Assembly (NCBI GenBank): GCA_036785375.1
Contig: JAWMAR010000392.1
Coordinates: forward strand, 1,488,001 to 1,552,000
Length of the DNA stretch: 64,000 bases
Reading direction: 5' to 3'
From: Leucoraja ocellata
Taxonomy: Eukaryota
Shown: in pieces, positions 13,401-26,704 of the stretch
Layout of the letters: every line of letters begins with the position of its first letter
Position numbering within the stretch: the stretch's first letter is position 1
Translations under genes and position numbers: made by a program
The notes under the pieces: model-generated
Database searches by the model: none
What the model was told of the DNA's origin: nothing
Seen by the model: only the letters and a program-made list of their open reading frames with translations

Positions 13401-14499
13401 TAGTGCTTCTTTGCCCTCTACATGAGCTGCGCCCCAGGTTCGTAAACTTTAATTCCCTTATAGGTGTTAGTTAACCCTTAATTTAAGTATTTATGCACTC
13501 TTTTAATTTGGACAATAGGGCACCTTTAATTTCAATATTAAATGGTATACCTTACTGTAGAAACAGTTAAAATAAATCAACTGACAACTATGTTCCAATG
13601 AATTACCTTCACATTTATTCTATTAATTAAAATAAAAAATATGTTGGCCAAGGAAATACAAAATAAAATGTCAATAACCAAAATATGGTGTTTTACTGGA
13701 GTTTCTCACACAGATATTCAAACAACATCACTCAATAAATCAATCTTTTATAGTACCTTTAAGTATTAATTGCTATGTGGGCCTACACACTCACTCACTT
13801 AATTGCTATGTGGGCCCACACACTCACTCACACAAGCCGGCAACATGAAAAACAAAACAAGAATAACCCCACGTTGCAGGCCTGGTTGAAGCTGGAGAGC
13901 GTCGCGGCCAAATACAATTGAAGCCGACAAGTGCACAGTGCAGAAGCTCACAAGATGGCGGGCGAAAGGCACGTTGCTGGTGATGACGGCTGGCGGGCGA
14001 ATGGCGAGCTGCTGGCGAGTTGGCTGACCAGAGAGGACCCCATGTGGCAGAAATCTTCCTTCTCCCTCGTTATCTCCAGGGCTCAGCTAACCACTGCTCT
14101 CACTCTCCCCGTAATCACAGTCCAAACAGCGACAGTCTTTAATCCACACCTCCGAACTGAAGGGGTAGCAGCTAGGCTACGGCTAACTACGCTAATGACG
14201 GAAGGCAGCGGCAGAGGAAAAGCATTCAGCTCACAGTCCAATTACCACGTTCTCTGTAAAAGTCTTTATCTTACCTCACCGCGAGGAAAGATATTTAAAC
14301 TGTTTACTGACCGAGTAGGACAGTCAAAACTTATTTTTCTCAGTCTCTGTTCTTCGTATTTCTCTCTGCGCCGCCCGCGGACTTCTTCTGTCACTCTTCC
14401 ATTCACCGATCACCCACAATCCCCAGCTCCCGCCCCCAAACCAATCACCACACAGGAAAAATGATCTAACTCATTAACAACAAATCAAATGCATTTAAA

Positions 14500-15420
14500 T
14501 AATAATAATAATAATAAATTTTATTTAATGGGCGCCTTTCAGACATCTCAAGGACACCTTACATAGTAATCGGAATAAAAACATAATCGGAATAAAATAA
14601 GTAATAAAGACATCACAGAGACACAAATTAAAAACAGAATTCAATCCGAAAACAGAAAATCAAAAACACAGTGTGAAGAGAGAGCAGCGGCAGCCAAAGC
14701 GCGCCAGCGTCCACTCTCTCTTCACGGCAGCCATCATGAACACAGACTTACAGGATTACAATTAGACAAAAAAATCATCCCCCCCACAGTGGATAGCACT
14801 GGGGGAAGGCCCAATGTCCAGTCCCCAACCCCATGTTCACCCCAAAGTCAGGCCTATTGAGGCCACCGCAATTACCTCTACAGAGGCCCGATGTCCCTGG
14901 CCGTTCTCACCCGGTGGTCTTGCCAGGCGTCGGGAGAGTCCTTTCAGCGGCTGAGCCACCTGGAACGGCCGCTTCCTGGTTGGAGCCCGCGGCTGTCGAA
15001 GCCGAGCGCCGATGAAAAAGTCGCCTCTCCGCACGCCCCCTCTCCGCTCCGCAGCCCGGAGATGTTGCTCTCGGCGGTCCAGCTCACCGGAGCTCCAACG
15101 CGGTGACCCAGGCAAGGCACCGCCTGCTCCGCTCCAGCGCCCCAGCGCTGTGCCGAGGCCGAGGTGCTGGGCGGTCCCCGCCAGGAAACGGCGCTCCAAG
15201 CCCGCTGGTAGGCCACGAGGACGGGTCGACGGGCAGCCCGGAGAAAAGGCTGCCACACCGACCAGGTAGGGACCTAGAAATAAAGTTACACCTACCCCCC
15301 ACATTAAAAAGACCATATCCCCTACAAACAAAAAACAGGACTCACTAAAAACTATTAAAAAAAAACGAATTTAAAACGGACGGCTGCTGGCTAGCAGCCG
15401 TTCACCAAGATGGCTCCTCC
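14500..15420 (-). mobile_element. Non-autonomous GC-rich retroelement with an (ATT)n LINE-type tail
   Basis: Head ggaggagccatcttgg at 15420. Its 3' end matches the tail at 8553-8620 (aataaattttattta..gggcgcctttca...tctcaaggacacctta). No credible ORF. Confidence 0.55.
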
Positions 15421-16859
15421 ATCCATATAGGTTGTATGCTGTTTACCACACATGTTCACCAAGTACACTGCAGAAAACTATGTAAAGGGGCAGTAGTGCA
15501 TATCAATGTGAACCCGCTAATGACATCAAAACACATATTCACAGCAAAACTTATATAAATCTCTTAATAAGAAAAACTAATGAAATAGTCATGGATATGA
15601 AGTTACACAGGGCTACACTTAAAAAGTGAACACACAGCAGGGGTGAGGTTTGGGGTCGGATGAGGGCAGGTGTGTAGATGAAGGCCGAGGCGATGTCTGG
15701 TGGGTGGATGGTGGGTGTTAAGAGAGATGGGGGGCTTGAGGACTATTGTATGGGTGGGGAGTAGCTGCGGTCACCCGGCTAAAAGAGGCGGGGAAGACCC
15801 AGTGGAACCCGCACTGAGGTTCCCTGTGGGAAGGGGGAGCAGTAAGACCCAGTACAGTCAGGCACCGTGGTGTGAGAGTCTACATCGTGGAGACTGTGGG
15901 CCTGGTGCTGAGCCTGGGACTCAGGTAGGGCAACGGCTGCAGCCCACTGGTGGGCAGTGGAGTTGCGATGGTCAGCAGAGTTGCTGATGGAGGCCCGCGA
16001 GGTGTGTCGTCCAGGTCAGCGGATGAAGCGTTGGTAGTCCCGGTCAGCAGGAGGCAACGAGTGAGGCGATAAAGGTCGGTGAATCGGTGAATGTGAACGA
16101 CGGCGGCATTTTCAGTGGTCCGAGCCTGGGATGGGCTGGGGAGGCGGTGAAGGTTGACGGCAGCAGCATCTTCAGCGGTCTGAGCCTAGGGTGGGCCGGT
16201 CTGGAGGCGAGCAAGTTTGTGATCCTTTGTGGAGTCCAGGTAGGAAAGGAAGCGTTTGTTGAAGGCGTGGATCTGGCGTTGGATAATGTGCAGTTGGGGG
16301 TCTCTTGCAGGTGTGGATGAATGAGCTTTGGGAGTCAGATTGAGGGCCTGTTTGTGTTGGCGCATCGCAGGCGGTGTAGAACGCAGGGCACGGAATGAGA
16401 ACTGTTGTGAAAAATGGTAGATCGACTGTCGGAACCTATAGTCCGGGTTGGGTCCAAGCTGGAATTTCTGGAACCGGAGCTGGAATCCACGAGGTAATAG
16501 AGGCGCAAGTATGTCCCGAGAAAACAAATGTGGCCGTGGTAATGGGTGTTGGTTAAGATGTGGTCGTAGAGTCGGAGGGAAGGAGGAATCACAGAGGGGG
16601 AGCAGTGGTTGTTGAACTCTCGACGGACAGAGGAGGAAATCTTCGTCAAAGTGGACACACCTTGAGGAGATTTCGCAGTGGAGTGGACAAAATGTGTATG
16701 AAAGTCTGATAATGTTCTGAACGCTCAGAATGGCCCTGGGTATGATGATGTAAACAAAATTCAATTATTAAAAGTAATAATATTTACAAAACAAATGCCC
16801 ACTACCAGATGCAAAAATGCCAAATATTCTTTACACTAAATATTAAATAAGTATTTTAC

Positions 16860-17570
16860 AATCCTGGTCCAGGATGTATTCATTCCCCCGCAGTCCCCAG
16901 CGGTCCCGGAATCCCCCCACGGTGCCCGTGGACACCGCGTGTTCCTATTCGAGGGACAACCTCAGGCACAGGCGTAAAGAGGCCGGCAGTCGGCTTGGAC
17001 CGAGCCCTCTTCTTCCTGGTGCCGTGACCCATGAATGGTCAGCTTGACCAGGCCCAGAGGCAAACCAACTAGGACATCCTCTGCTCCATCCACTCCCCTA
17101 TGCACTGGGTGGCCAAAGTGAGGATGGTGGGACTGAAGTATAGCCAGAGGCAAGGAGCAGCCCCCTCAAATACTCAAACTGGGCCTGCAACCTCACACAC
17201 TCCGTGCACATGGAACACAGACCGCAGAAGTGGCAGGCGGCTGGCGAGTCTATGAACCGGCTCAGGAATTGGTTGCATGGGACTCCTCAGTGTAGTACAG
17301 CGTATATATCAGGTCCCCGATATATAGAGGAAGAATCCCTCTATAGAGAGGCCTCCACTGGGGGTTCTTCTCGCAACTGGATGGTAAAATGGACTGCCAC
17401 TTTGGATTGGGGCAGTGGGCAAGGGTGTGGAATGAATGGTGTGGAGGAGTCGGTACAGAGGGTGCCTCCCTCGTCTCGGAAGGGTATGAAAGGTGCCGGT
17501 GAAAGACAGCTCAGGTTGTGTGGGACTGGCTCCCGAGGTGTGGGTCCAACCAGTACATCGGGCTGAGCCT
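16860..17570 (-). mobile_element. L1/Tx1-like LINE 3' fragment, degenerate
   Basis: Minus-strand cysteine-rich C-terminal-type remnants (PCNQFLSRFIDSPAACHFCG; LVGLPLGLVKLTIHGSR). Confidence 0.5.
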
Positions 17571-19500
17571 GAAATACACCATCTGATGGCCGCCAGTGGA
17601 GTTAGCTAATAATGAGTTTGCGCCTGACTGATGGCCTGAGATACACAATTAACAAACACACGGGACGTTGATCACCCTTTCATCCTGGCACGGTGCTCCA
17701 TGCAGCTACTTTGGATTAAGAACTGGACTCCCTGCACCCCCAATATCATCTGTGCCCTGGGCACCCCCAGCGCCAGGCTCTTTCTCAGACACACCAAGTA
17801 TTAATGTCTGTCCCTGGACTTCTCCACAACATCAGGCTCTGTCCCTGGTGCCCAGGATATTTCTGCAATAACACCTTTCTTTATTACTGTGACATTTATT
17901 CCTCTTTCTACTTTACTGCAGCATAAACCTTGGCTGGTCAGGAGCCAAGGAACTGTGCAGATGGCCTAAAGGGTATCTGTTAGTTGCTCCACAATTGGAA
18001 ATGTACTGTGTGGATTTTAGGTGAAGTCTCTTTGGGTCAGCTGGATGTTTGCAGAGAGGCAACCCAGTGAATCCAGATAATCTCTCATGGTCTATTGCCA
18101 GTGAGTGAAATATGCAAATCAATGTATTACTTAATACATCATCCAGTAACGATCATCATTGTCCTAACAGTTAATTTGTTTAACAATAAATAAAAACAGT
18201 CCATTGATAACAAGTTTATAGAATAAGTTTAATTTAATTGACAAGTATACTTGATTTTCTGCACTGTTCCAACGTGTTATAGTGAAAACAAGGAACTTAC
18301 GAATATGCATTTGGCAGGATCTTTGACAAAATCACACTCAAAACAGCCATTGAAAATTTAAAACCCTAATTCAGAGTTTGTGCACAATGTGGGCTAAACG
18401 TTTTGCCTGAAGCCATTCAGAGCAATTTATTTTCTTCTCAGACTGAGAATATGGGTGGGGACATCTAGATGTGCCCATTGGAAGCATTACCATCTCTAAT
18501 GTAAAAGAATCAAGGGCAAGAATCACTGATTTCTGAAATTGCAATGCATGAGAAACTTCAACATAAATTACTGTTTAAAGCATTTGAAAAGGGAAAATTG
18601 GTCAGGTCTATAAGGGGATAATTATATTTTCCTTAAAAGGAAATAGTGGAAAACAATATTGATTTTCTTGCTTATTATAAGGAAGTAAGTTTTGAGGAAG
18701 TGAATTTTGACAGTGACAATTCCTCTCAGCCCATTAATATTGCTTGCTGGATTCTTGTTCAGTTTCAAAGAATGAAACAGGCATAATATTTTAACAAAGT
18801 CAGCGTGCTGCAATGAAGAGACACCGTGCCAATAAACAGAACCACATGAGAGCACCTAATTTTGTATTGGACAATAAAGTTTCTCCAGGGCTCAGGATAA
18901 AGAGAAAATGCCAATTAAAAGAAAATGTACATTGAACAGTATGAAGAGACTGAGGACATAAGGTAACAAAAAATACACTATCAAATGGAATTTAAATATT
19001 TCTTTTTAGCAGAGTCAGTAAAGTGTAGGTCAGAATTGTAATTTGACTGCCCTCTCTTGGAGATAGATAGATAGGTAGGTAGAGAGAGAGTGAAAGAGGT
19101 AGAAAGGAAGGGAGAGAAAGAATGAAAGAAAATATTTTGGTGCCATTTCTGTCTCCCCAGCACAGGTGCCTATTGTTCTCCGGGGGGGGGGCACCGGTTC
19201 CCCTTTCTCCTTCGTGACCTTGGTGCCCAGGTACTCCGACCTCGATGTTCCATGTCCCTCCTCATTCTTGGTCAATGCCGGTGGCTTGGGGCCGGGTTCG
19301 GAGCCCATGGTGCACGGGCCTACCAGTCCTACCTGTAGGTCTTCCGTCTATGGCCTTCGGCAGGCGATTCTCCGTCCGCGGCGGACGGCCATGTGTCGTC
19401 ACACCACGGTGAGCGATCTGCGAGGGGCAATCCGCCGTGACCGTTTCACCTCGGCTGCCTTGAAGATTGCAGCACACTGTGGGAAGTGTGGTCGTGGTCT

Positions 19501-20252
19501 TAGAAACATAGAAACATAGAAATTAGGTGCAGGAGTAGGCCATTCGGCCCTTCGAGCCTGCACCACCATTCAATATGATCATGGCTGATCATCCAACTCA
19601 GTATCCCGTACCTGCCTTCTCTCCATACCCCCTGATCCCCTTAGCCACAAGGGCCACATCTAACTCCCTCTTAAATATAGCCAATGAACTGGCCTCAACT
19701 ACCCTCTGTGGCAGAGAGTTCCAGAGATTCACCACTCTCTGCGTGAAAAAAGTTCTTCTCATCTCGGTTTTAAAGGATTTCCCCTTTATCCTTAAGCTGT
19801 GACCCCTTGTCCTGGACTTCCCCAACATCGGGAACAATCTTCCTGCATCTAGCCTGTCCAACCCCTTAAGAATTTTGTAAGTTTCTATAAGATCCTCTCT
19901 CAATCTTCTAAATTCTAGAGAGTATAAACCAAGTCTATCCAGTCTTTCTTCATAAGACAGTCCTGACATCCCAGGAATCAGTCTGGTGAACCTTCTCTGC
20001 ACTCCCTCTATGGCAATAATGTCCTTCCTCAGATTTGGAGACCAAAACTGTACGCCAGGTGTGGTCTCACCAAGACCCTGTACAACTGCAGTAGAACCTC
20101 CCTGCTCCTATACTCAAATCCTTTTGCAATGAAAGCTAACATACCATTCGCTTTCTTTACTGCCTGCTGCACCTGCATGCCTACCTTCAATGACTGGTGT
20201 ACCATGACACCCAGGTCTCGCTGCATCTCCCCCTTTCCCAATCGGCCACCAT
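19501..20252 (-). mobile_element. CR1 LINE family A, 5'-truncated
   Basis: ORF2 end ...GYGEKAGTGY* and (TTTCTATG)n tail. Confidence 0.92.
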
Positions 20253-22809
20253 TGAGTCTTGTTATTAAGAGACTAGCATTAGGCAGACCAACCCCTTTCC
20301 AGGATGAAGATGGGGAAGATTAAATAGTAAAAGTCTTTAAGCACTCACGATTTGTTGACAAAGTTAGTTGAAAACTCAATCAGGGCCTGCATTGGAAGTT
20401 GCATGTGGTATTATATCTGGGTACCAGTGTGTACATGTGTGGAAAAGTAATGCTACCAGAATGCAGAAATCCAAGTCAAATTTGCAATGAAGAGCAGATT
20501 CTCTGACACATTCCATGAGATGGCAAGTCACCAGATGGACACAAAATGATGGAGTAACTCAGCGGGACAGGCAGCCACAAGCAACTGACATATTCTCCAC
20601 AGTGGAGCAATCAAAGTAATGAATCACGCGGAAAGTGTAGCAACAAGCTGTTAATTTACAGGGCTTGAAGTTGAGCTCTGGTGGTCTGGGGCTTTTGAGA
20701 GCTGGAGTAACTTTGTCCACAATTACTTAATAATATAGTACACTGTAACTTTTTTGTACAATATGATCTCCTCTGTATGATATATATGTAACCAAATGCA
20801 ACCCAGATTACTTGTGTGTTTTTGGGTAAATATATTAATTGACTGTGAACTTCAAAAATGATCTAAAATAAAATCAGAAAGATGCATGTCAGTTTCACTC
20901 AAAATAAAATGTTTTAATATCTAAGAAATGCAAAGCAAACCTAGTCGTTTCTTTATCATCATGTAGGGGCAGATGAACTCGGGATAAAGGGAAATCTTAA
21001 ACTTATTCCCAATTGTGGACAACAGCTCAGATTAAAAATAAAAGAGCAAAGAATTGATATATCCAGGTCAAGGTTCATATCCATACTATAAGAGATGGAT
21101 TCTCAAACTTTCACATTGCACAATTGGAGTTAAATGTTAATCCTCCACATTAACTAAACAAACAAATATTTGCTGAATCTTGTGATCATAAGTGATAGGA
21201 GTACAATTAGGCCATTCGGCCCATTAAGTCTACTTCGCCATTCAATCATGGCTGATCTATCCTTCCCTCCTAAACCCATTCTCCTGCCTGCTCCCCATAA
21301 CCTCTGGCACCCATACTAATCAAGAATCTATCTGTCTCTGCCTTAAAAAATATCCACTGATTTGGCCTTCTGTGGCAAAGAATTCCACAGATTCACCTCC
21401 CTCTGACAAAATAAATTTCTCCTCATCTTCCTAAAAGAACGTCCTTTAATTCTGAGGCTATGGCCTCTAGTCTTAGACTCTCCCACCGTGGAAACAAAAT
21501 CTCTACATCCACTCTATCCAAGCTTTTATTCAGTATGTTTCAATGAGGCCTCTTTCCACATTCTTCCAAATTCCAGTAAGTACAGGCCCAGTGTCGATAA
21601 ACGCTCATCATAGGTTAACCTACTCATTCCTGATAATCTAAAATCATGCCGTCAGCTATGCATACAAGATTGCAAACTACTTAATGCACTCGCTGCCCAC
21701 ATAAGTAATAAGCATAGAACCTATTCCCCTTTTAAGGATAGACACAAAAAGTTGGAGTAAATCAGCGGGTCAAGCAGTGTCTGGTGTCGACCCGAATAGT
21801 TACCTATTCCTTTTCTCTAGAGATGCTGCTTGACCCGCTGAATTACTCCAGCTTTTTGTGCCTATCTTCGGTTTAAATCAACAACTACAGTTCCTTTCTA
21901 CACTGCCCCTTTTAAGGAATTGTGTTCTTGACATGCACAGACAAGCTGGCCTCTCCACACCTTGCAAATAGAGGCTGTGCGATTCTATGAGAACACTCCC
22001 CAGGTCAGTTGAAAGCCCCTAGGCAAAGGCAGCCTGGAACATGAAAGCGCTTACTCCAGCTCTACATATCCTGATGTTGTCACATCATAAACCACTGTTT
22101 GACACATTATATAAATGTAATATTGGTATTGTTCAACAATATTCCCAAAGAAACACCAGTGCCTGCAGAGGATAGACACAAATTGCTGGAGTAACTTCGC
22201 GGGTCAGGCAGCATCTCTGGTGAATGGATGATGGGTGACGTTTTGGGCCGAGACCCTTCTTCATCTCTGTTTGCTTTGTTGTTACCTTGTCCAAACTAAC
22301 AATGATCTATTCTACATTATCCTTGATCTCCATTCCCTTTATCCCATTTTCACACCTGACACTTCATTATCTATACACTCCTTACCTATGTACATCCCTC
22401 TCCCTGATATAAAAACTTAAAAAAAATAAAATAAAATAAACCCTGGATTACGGGCAGAGGAATTGTTGCCAAAATGGCAACCTGTGTTTTCAATTTTATT
22501 GAGGAGTCCAGTAAACTAGTTCAATAGCTTTACAGGAGAATAAGTGTACACCACTGTATTAATTTTTAGTTTAGAGGTACAGCTCCGAAACAGGCCCTTT
22601 GGCCCACTGAGTCTATGCCATTTGCCGATCCCCCATTCATACTAAATCTATGTGTTACCCAACTTTCTCATCCACCCACTACACACGAGGAGCAACTTAC
22701 TGCGGCCAATTGGCCAATTAACCTACAAACCGGCATATCCTTGAGATGTTGGATGAAACCAGAATACGCACGTGGTCACAGGGAAAACATGCAAACTCCA
22801 CACAGGCAG

Positions 22810-23135
22810 CAGAGAATAGGATTGACCTGTTTTTACAAAATGTTAAATGGTCAGCTCGACATAGATTACAAGACCTACACCAAACCCAAACCAATTAGGA
22901 GCAGACGAGGGCATTCGATCCAATTTGTGATCCCAGCTACAAAGTGTACAGCAATTCATTCTTCCCCCGCACAATTAAAGCATGCAATAATCTCCACCCT
23001 TCTATTGTTACCCAACCAGATGCAACTAAATTTAAAGTAGCTCTTCTTCCCAATAACCCTTTCTGGCTTAAGCCCTCCCTTCACCACCTCCAGTTTAAAT
23101 TCCATTTGGAGGACCAAGAAACCAAGAACCAAGAA
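22810..23135 (+). mobile_element. LINE 3' fragment (CR1/L2-group or RTE-X-like)
   Basis: LTCFYKMLNG...RRGHS...YSNSFFPRTIK and a (CCAAGAA)n tail. Confidence 0.6.
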
Positions 23136-23685
23136 TGGTACAGCACAGGAAGAAGCCTTTTGACCTACAATGTCTGTGCCCAACATGCTGCTACGATAAA
23201 CTAATCTGCTCTGCCTGCACATGATACCTATCCCTGCATAACCACGTGCCTATCTAAAAGCCTCTTCAACGCCACTATCATATCTGCCTCCACCACCACC
23301 CTTGGCAGTGAATTGCAGGCACCCACCGCTCTGTAAAAAGCTTGTCCCACTCATCTATAAAATGTGCCCATTTCACCTTAAAGCTGTGCCCACTAGTCTT
23401 TGACATTTCCACCTGAAGAAATGGGTTCTGACGATCAATCCTATCTATTCCGTTTACTAATATACTCTGCAAGCTCTCTAGTGCTACCTTACTGCTTTAG
23501 TTGAATTTAGTTTAGAGATACAGTGTGGAAACAGGCCCTTTGGCCCATCAGGTCCGCACCAACCAATGATCCCCGTGCACTAGATCAATCTTACACACTA
23601 GGGACCATTTACAAAAGCCAATAATCTGCAAACCTGTACGTCTTTTGAATGTGAAAGGAGACCGGAGCACCCGGAGAAAACCAAC

Positions 23686-24286
23686 ATAACCATATAACCA
23701 TATAACAATTACAGCACGGAAACAGGCCATCTCGACCCTTCTAGTCCGTGCCGAACACATAATCTCCCTTAGTCCCATATACCTGCGCTCAGACCATAAC
23801 CCTCCATTCCCTTCCCATCCATATAACTATCCAATTTATTTTTAAATGATAAAAACGAACCTGCCTCCACCACCTTCACTGGAAGCTCATTCTACACAGC
23901 TACCACTCTCTGAGTAAAAAAGTTCCCCCTCATGTTACCCCTAAACTTCAGTCCCTTAATTATCATGTCATGTCCCCTTATTTGAATCTTCCCTACTCTC
24001 AGTGGGAAAAGCTTTTCCACGTCAACTCTGTCTATCCCTCTCATCATTTTAAAAACCTCTATCAAGTCCCCCCTTAACCTTCTGCGCTCCAAAGAATAAA
24101 GCCCTAACTTGTTCAACCTTTCTCTGTAACTTAGTTGCTGAAACCCAGGCAACATTCTAGTAAATCTCCTCTGTACTCTCTCTATTTTGTTGACATCCTT
24201 CCTATAATTAGGCGACCAAAATTGTACACCATACTCCAGAATTGGCCTCACCAATGCCTTGTACAATTTTAACATTACATCCCAAC
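23686..24286 (-). mobile_element. CR1 family B inserted in a V-SINE
   Basis: ORF 23892-24275; SINE halves lie at about 23500-23685 and 24288-24395. Confidence 0.9.
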
Positions 24287-24544
24287 ATAGTCACAATGAG
24301 AACATACAAACCTCCATATAAACAAGCACTCGTCGGCAGGATTGAACCCGGGTTTCTAATGCTGTAAGGCAGCACCTCTACCGCCACGCCACTGTATTGC
24401 CCACTTTGCATGGTTCTTGACAATGACCTGCTACAAACATCAATTAATTTGCAATTCCAAACTGCAAAATCTCCTGTGTGCAGGTGTGGCATTTGTCACA
24501 TTCTGTGCCAACTTTGTTCTCATTAAAGATGGAGTAAATGACTA

Positions 24545-24928
24545 ACACTTTCATTCCCATTCCCACACAGTCCTTTCTGTCCTAGGTCTCCTCCATTTTC
24601 AGAGTGAGGCTAAACGCAAATTGGAGGAACATCATCTCGTATTTCGCTTGGGCAGCTTACAGCCAGTGGTATGAGTTTTGATTTCTCTAACATCAATTAA
24701 CCCCAGCATTCCCTCTCCCATTATCCCTCCCCCACTAGCTTCTTGGTTTCACCCAACAAACAGCCAACAATGGCCTGTTTCCTTTATCATCGTTACCTTT
24801 GTGCATATGTTTAATTCATTGTTCTTGATCTCTCTACATTATCGTTTATATAATTTGTTTCCCTTATCCATAACCAATCTGAAGAAGGTCTCGACCCGAA
24901 ACGTCACCCATTCCTTCTCTCTAGAGGT
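24545..24928 (+). mobile_element. Penelope 3' fragment with a hammerhead-like motif
   Basis: GIY-YIG end (cgcaaattggaggaacatcatctcgtatttcgcttgggc) followed by ctgaagaaggtctcgacccgaaacgtc at 24879-24905. Confidence 0.7.
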
Positions 24929-25268
24929 ATAACCATATAACAATTACAACACGGAAACAGGCCATCTCGGCCCTACAAGTCCGTGCCGAACAAATTTTTT
25001 TTTTCCCCTTAGTCCCACCTGCCTGCACTCATACCATAACCCTCCATTCCCTTCTCATCCATACGCCTATCCAATTTATTTTTAAATAACACCAATGAAC
25101 CTGCCTCCACCACTTCCACTGGAAGCTCATTCCACACCGCTACCACTCTCTGAGTAAAGAACTTCCCCCTCATATTACCCCTAAACTTCTGTCCCTTAAT
25201 TCTGAAGTCATGGCCTCGTGTTTGAATCTTCCCTATTCTCAAAGGGAAAAGCTTGTCCACATCAACTA
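24929..25268 (-). mobile_element. CR1 family B
   Basis: ORF2 C-terminus ...GYGMSAGRWD* and tail. Confidence 0.9.
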
Positions 25269-25795
25269 TCAAGGTATCTATGGAGCAAAGGAAATAGGCA
25301 ACGTTTCGGCCCAAAACGTTGCCAATTGCCTTCGCTCCATAGATGCTGCTGCACCCGCTGAGTCTCTCCAGCATTTTTGTGTACCTTTGATTTTCCAGCA
25401 TCTGCAGTTCCTTCTTAAACACCTTCTCTCCAGTAATGCTGCCTGCCCCACTGAGTTACTCCAGCTTTTTGTGTGTACATGTAAATTACTTGTTGCTTTG
25501 GAAACTGCTCAACCACGGAATGCAGCCACTAGAGGACTCGGCAATCTTCCATATTAACACTTGGCCAAACTTTCGAAAATCTGCCAGGGAATGGGCCTGG
25601 AAATGATTTATTCCCAAAGCTGGGGAAATTATGCACACTTCTGATTCAGACTACTAATTCCAGGGCATGTTCTTCAGCGATATGTACAACAGACCATTTA
25701 CACGAATGGGAGAAATGAACTGTCTGCAGAAAGGTAAGAACAACTTTCCTTTTAATTTAATGAATATATGTTTGAAATTATTTTTGTGTGTGCAT

Positions 25796-26704
25796 CCATA
25801 TAACCATATAACAATTGCAGCACGGAAACAGGCCATCTCGGCCCTACAAGTCCATGCCGAACAAATTGTTTTTTTCCCCTTAGTCCCACCTGCCTGCACT
25901 CATACCATAACCCTCCATTCCCTTCTCATCTATATGCCTATCCAATTTATTTTTAAATTATGCCAATGAACCTGCCTCCACCACTTCCACTGGGAGCTCA
26001 TTCCACACCGCCACCACTCTCTGCGTAAAGAAGTTCCCCCTCATATTACCCCTAAACTTCTGTCCCTTAATTCTGAAGTCATGTCCTCTTGTTTGAATCT
26101 TCCCTATTCTCAAAGGGAAAAGCTTGTCCACATCAACTCTGTCTATCCCTCTTATCATTTTAAAGACCTCTATCAGGTCCCCCCTCAACCTTCTGCGCTC
26201 CAGAGAATAAAGACCTAACTTATTCAACCTATCTCTGTAACTTAGTTGTTGAAACCCAGGCAACATTCTAGTAAATCTCCTCTGTACTCTCTCTATTTTG
26301 TTGACATCCTTCCTATAATTGGGCGACCAAAATTGTACACCATACTCCAGATTTGGTCTCACCAATGCCTTGTACAATTTTAACATTACATCCCAGCTTC
26401 TATACTCAATGCTCTGATTTATAAAGGCTAGCATACCAAAAGCTTTCTTTACCACCCTATCTATATGAGATTCCACCTTCAAGGAGCTATGCACGGTTAT
26501 ACCCAGATCCCTCTGTTCAACTGTATTCTTCAATTCCCTACCATTTACCATGTACGTCCTATTTTGATTTGTCCTGCCAAGGTGTAGCACCTCACATTTA
26601 TCAGCATTAAACTCCATCTGCCATCTTTCAGCCCATTTTTCCAAATGGCCTAAATCACTCTGTAGACTTTGGAAATCCTCTTCATTATCCACAACACCCC
26701 CTAT
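25796..26704 (-). mobile_element. CR1 family B
   Basis: ORF 25958-26692 (RT C-terminal half) and tail. Confidence 0.92.

Larger units (their letters stand above)
9934..16660 (-). mobile_element. Penelope-like element, near full length, split by nested insertions
   Basis: GIY-YIG C-terminus (LGLLHCQSEAQRKLEEQHLIFRFGSLHP, 9934-10120) and RT pieces (MGPSYACLFVG, YIDD, 10367-10900). TIPPDLPLS at 11560 resumes as PHPCCVF at about 15627 on the far side of a 4-kb insert; the 5' part extends to about 16660. Confidence 0.8.

Noticed and set aside
14833-15348. Overlapping GC-rich ORFs here and at 57516-58164
   Set aside because: Stop-poor GC-rich repeat bodies, open in several frames with no domain motifs.
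19575-19802. Recurrent ORF MIMADHPTQYPVPAFSPYP... seen many times
   Set aside because: Antisense reading of the CR1 family A 3' end, not a multigene family.
25664-25733. Possible small exon (ttccag|...aaag|gtaag)
   Set aside because: Good donor but weak acceptor, no recognisable peptide, and separated from the gene by a gap; unsupported without RNA data.
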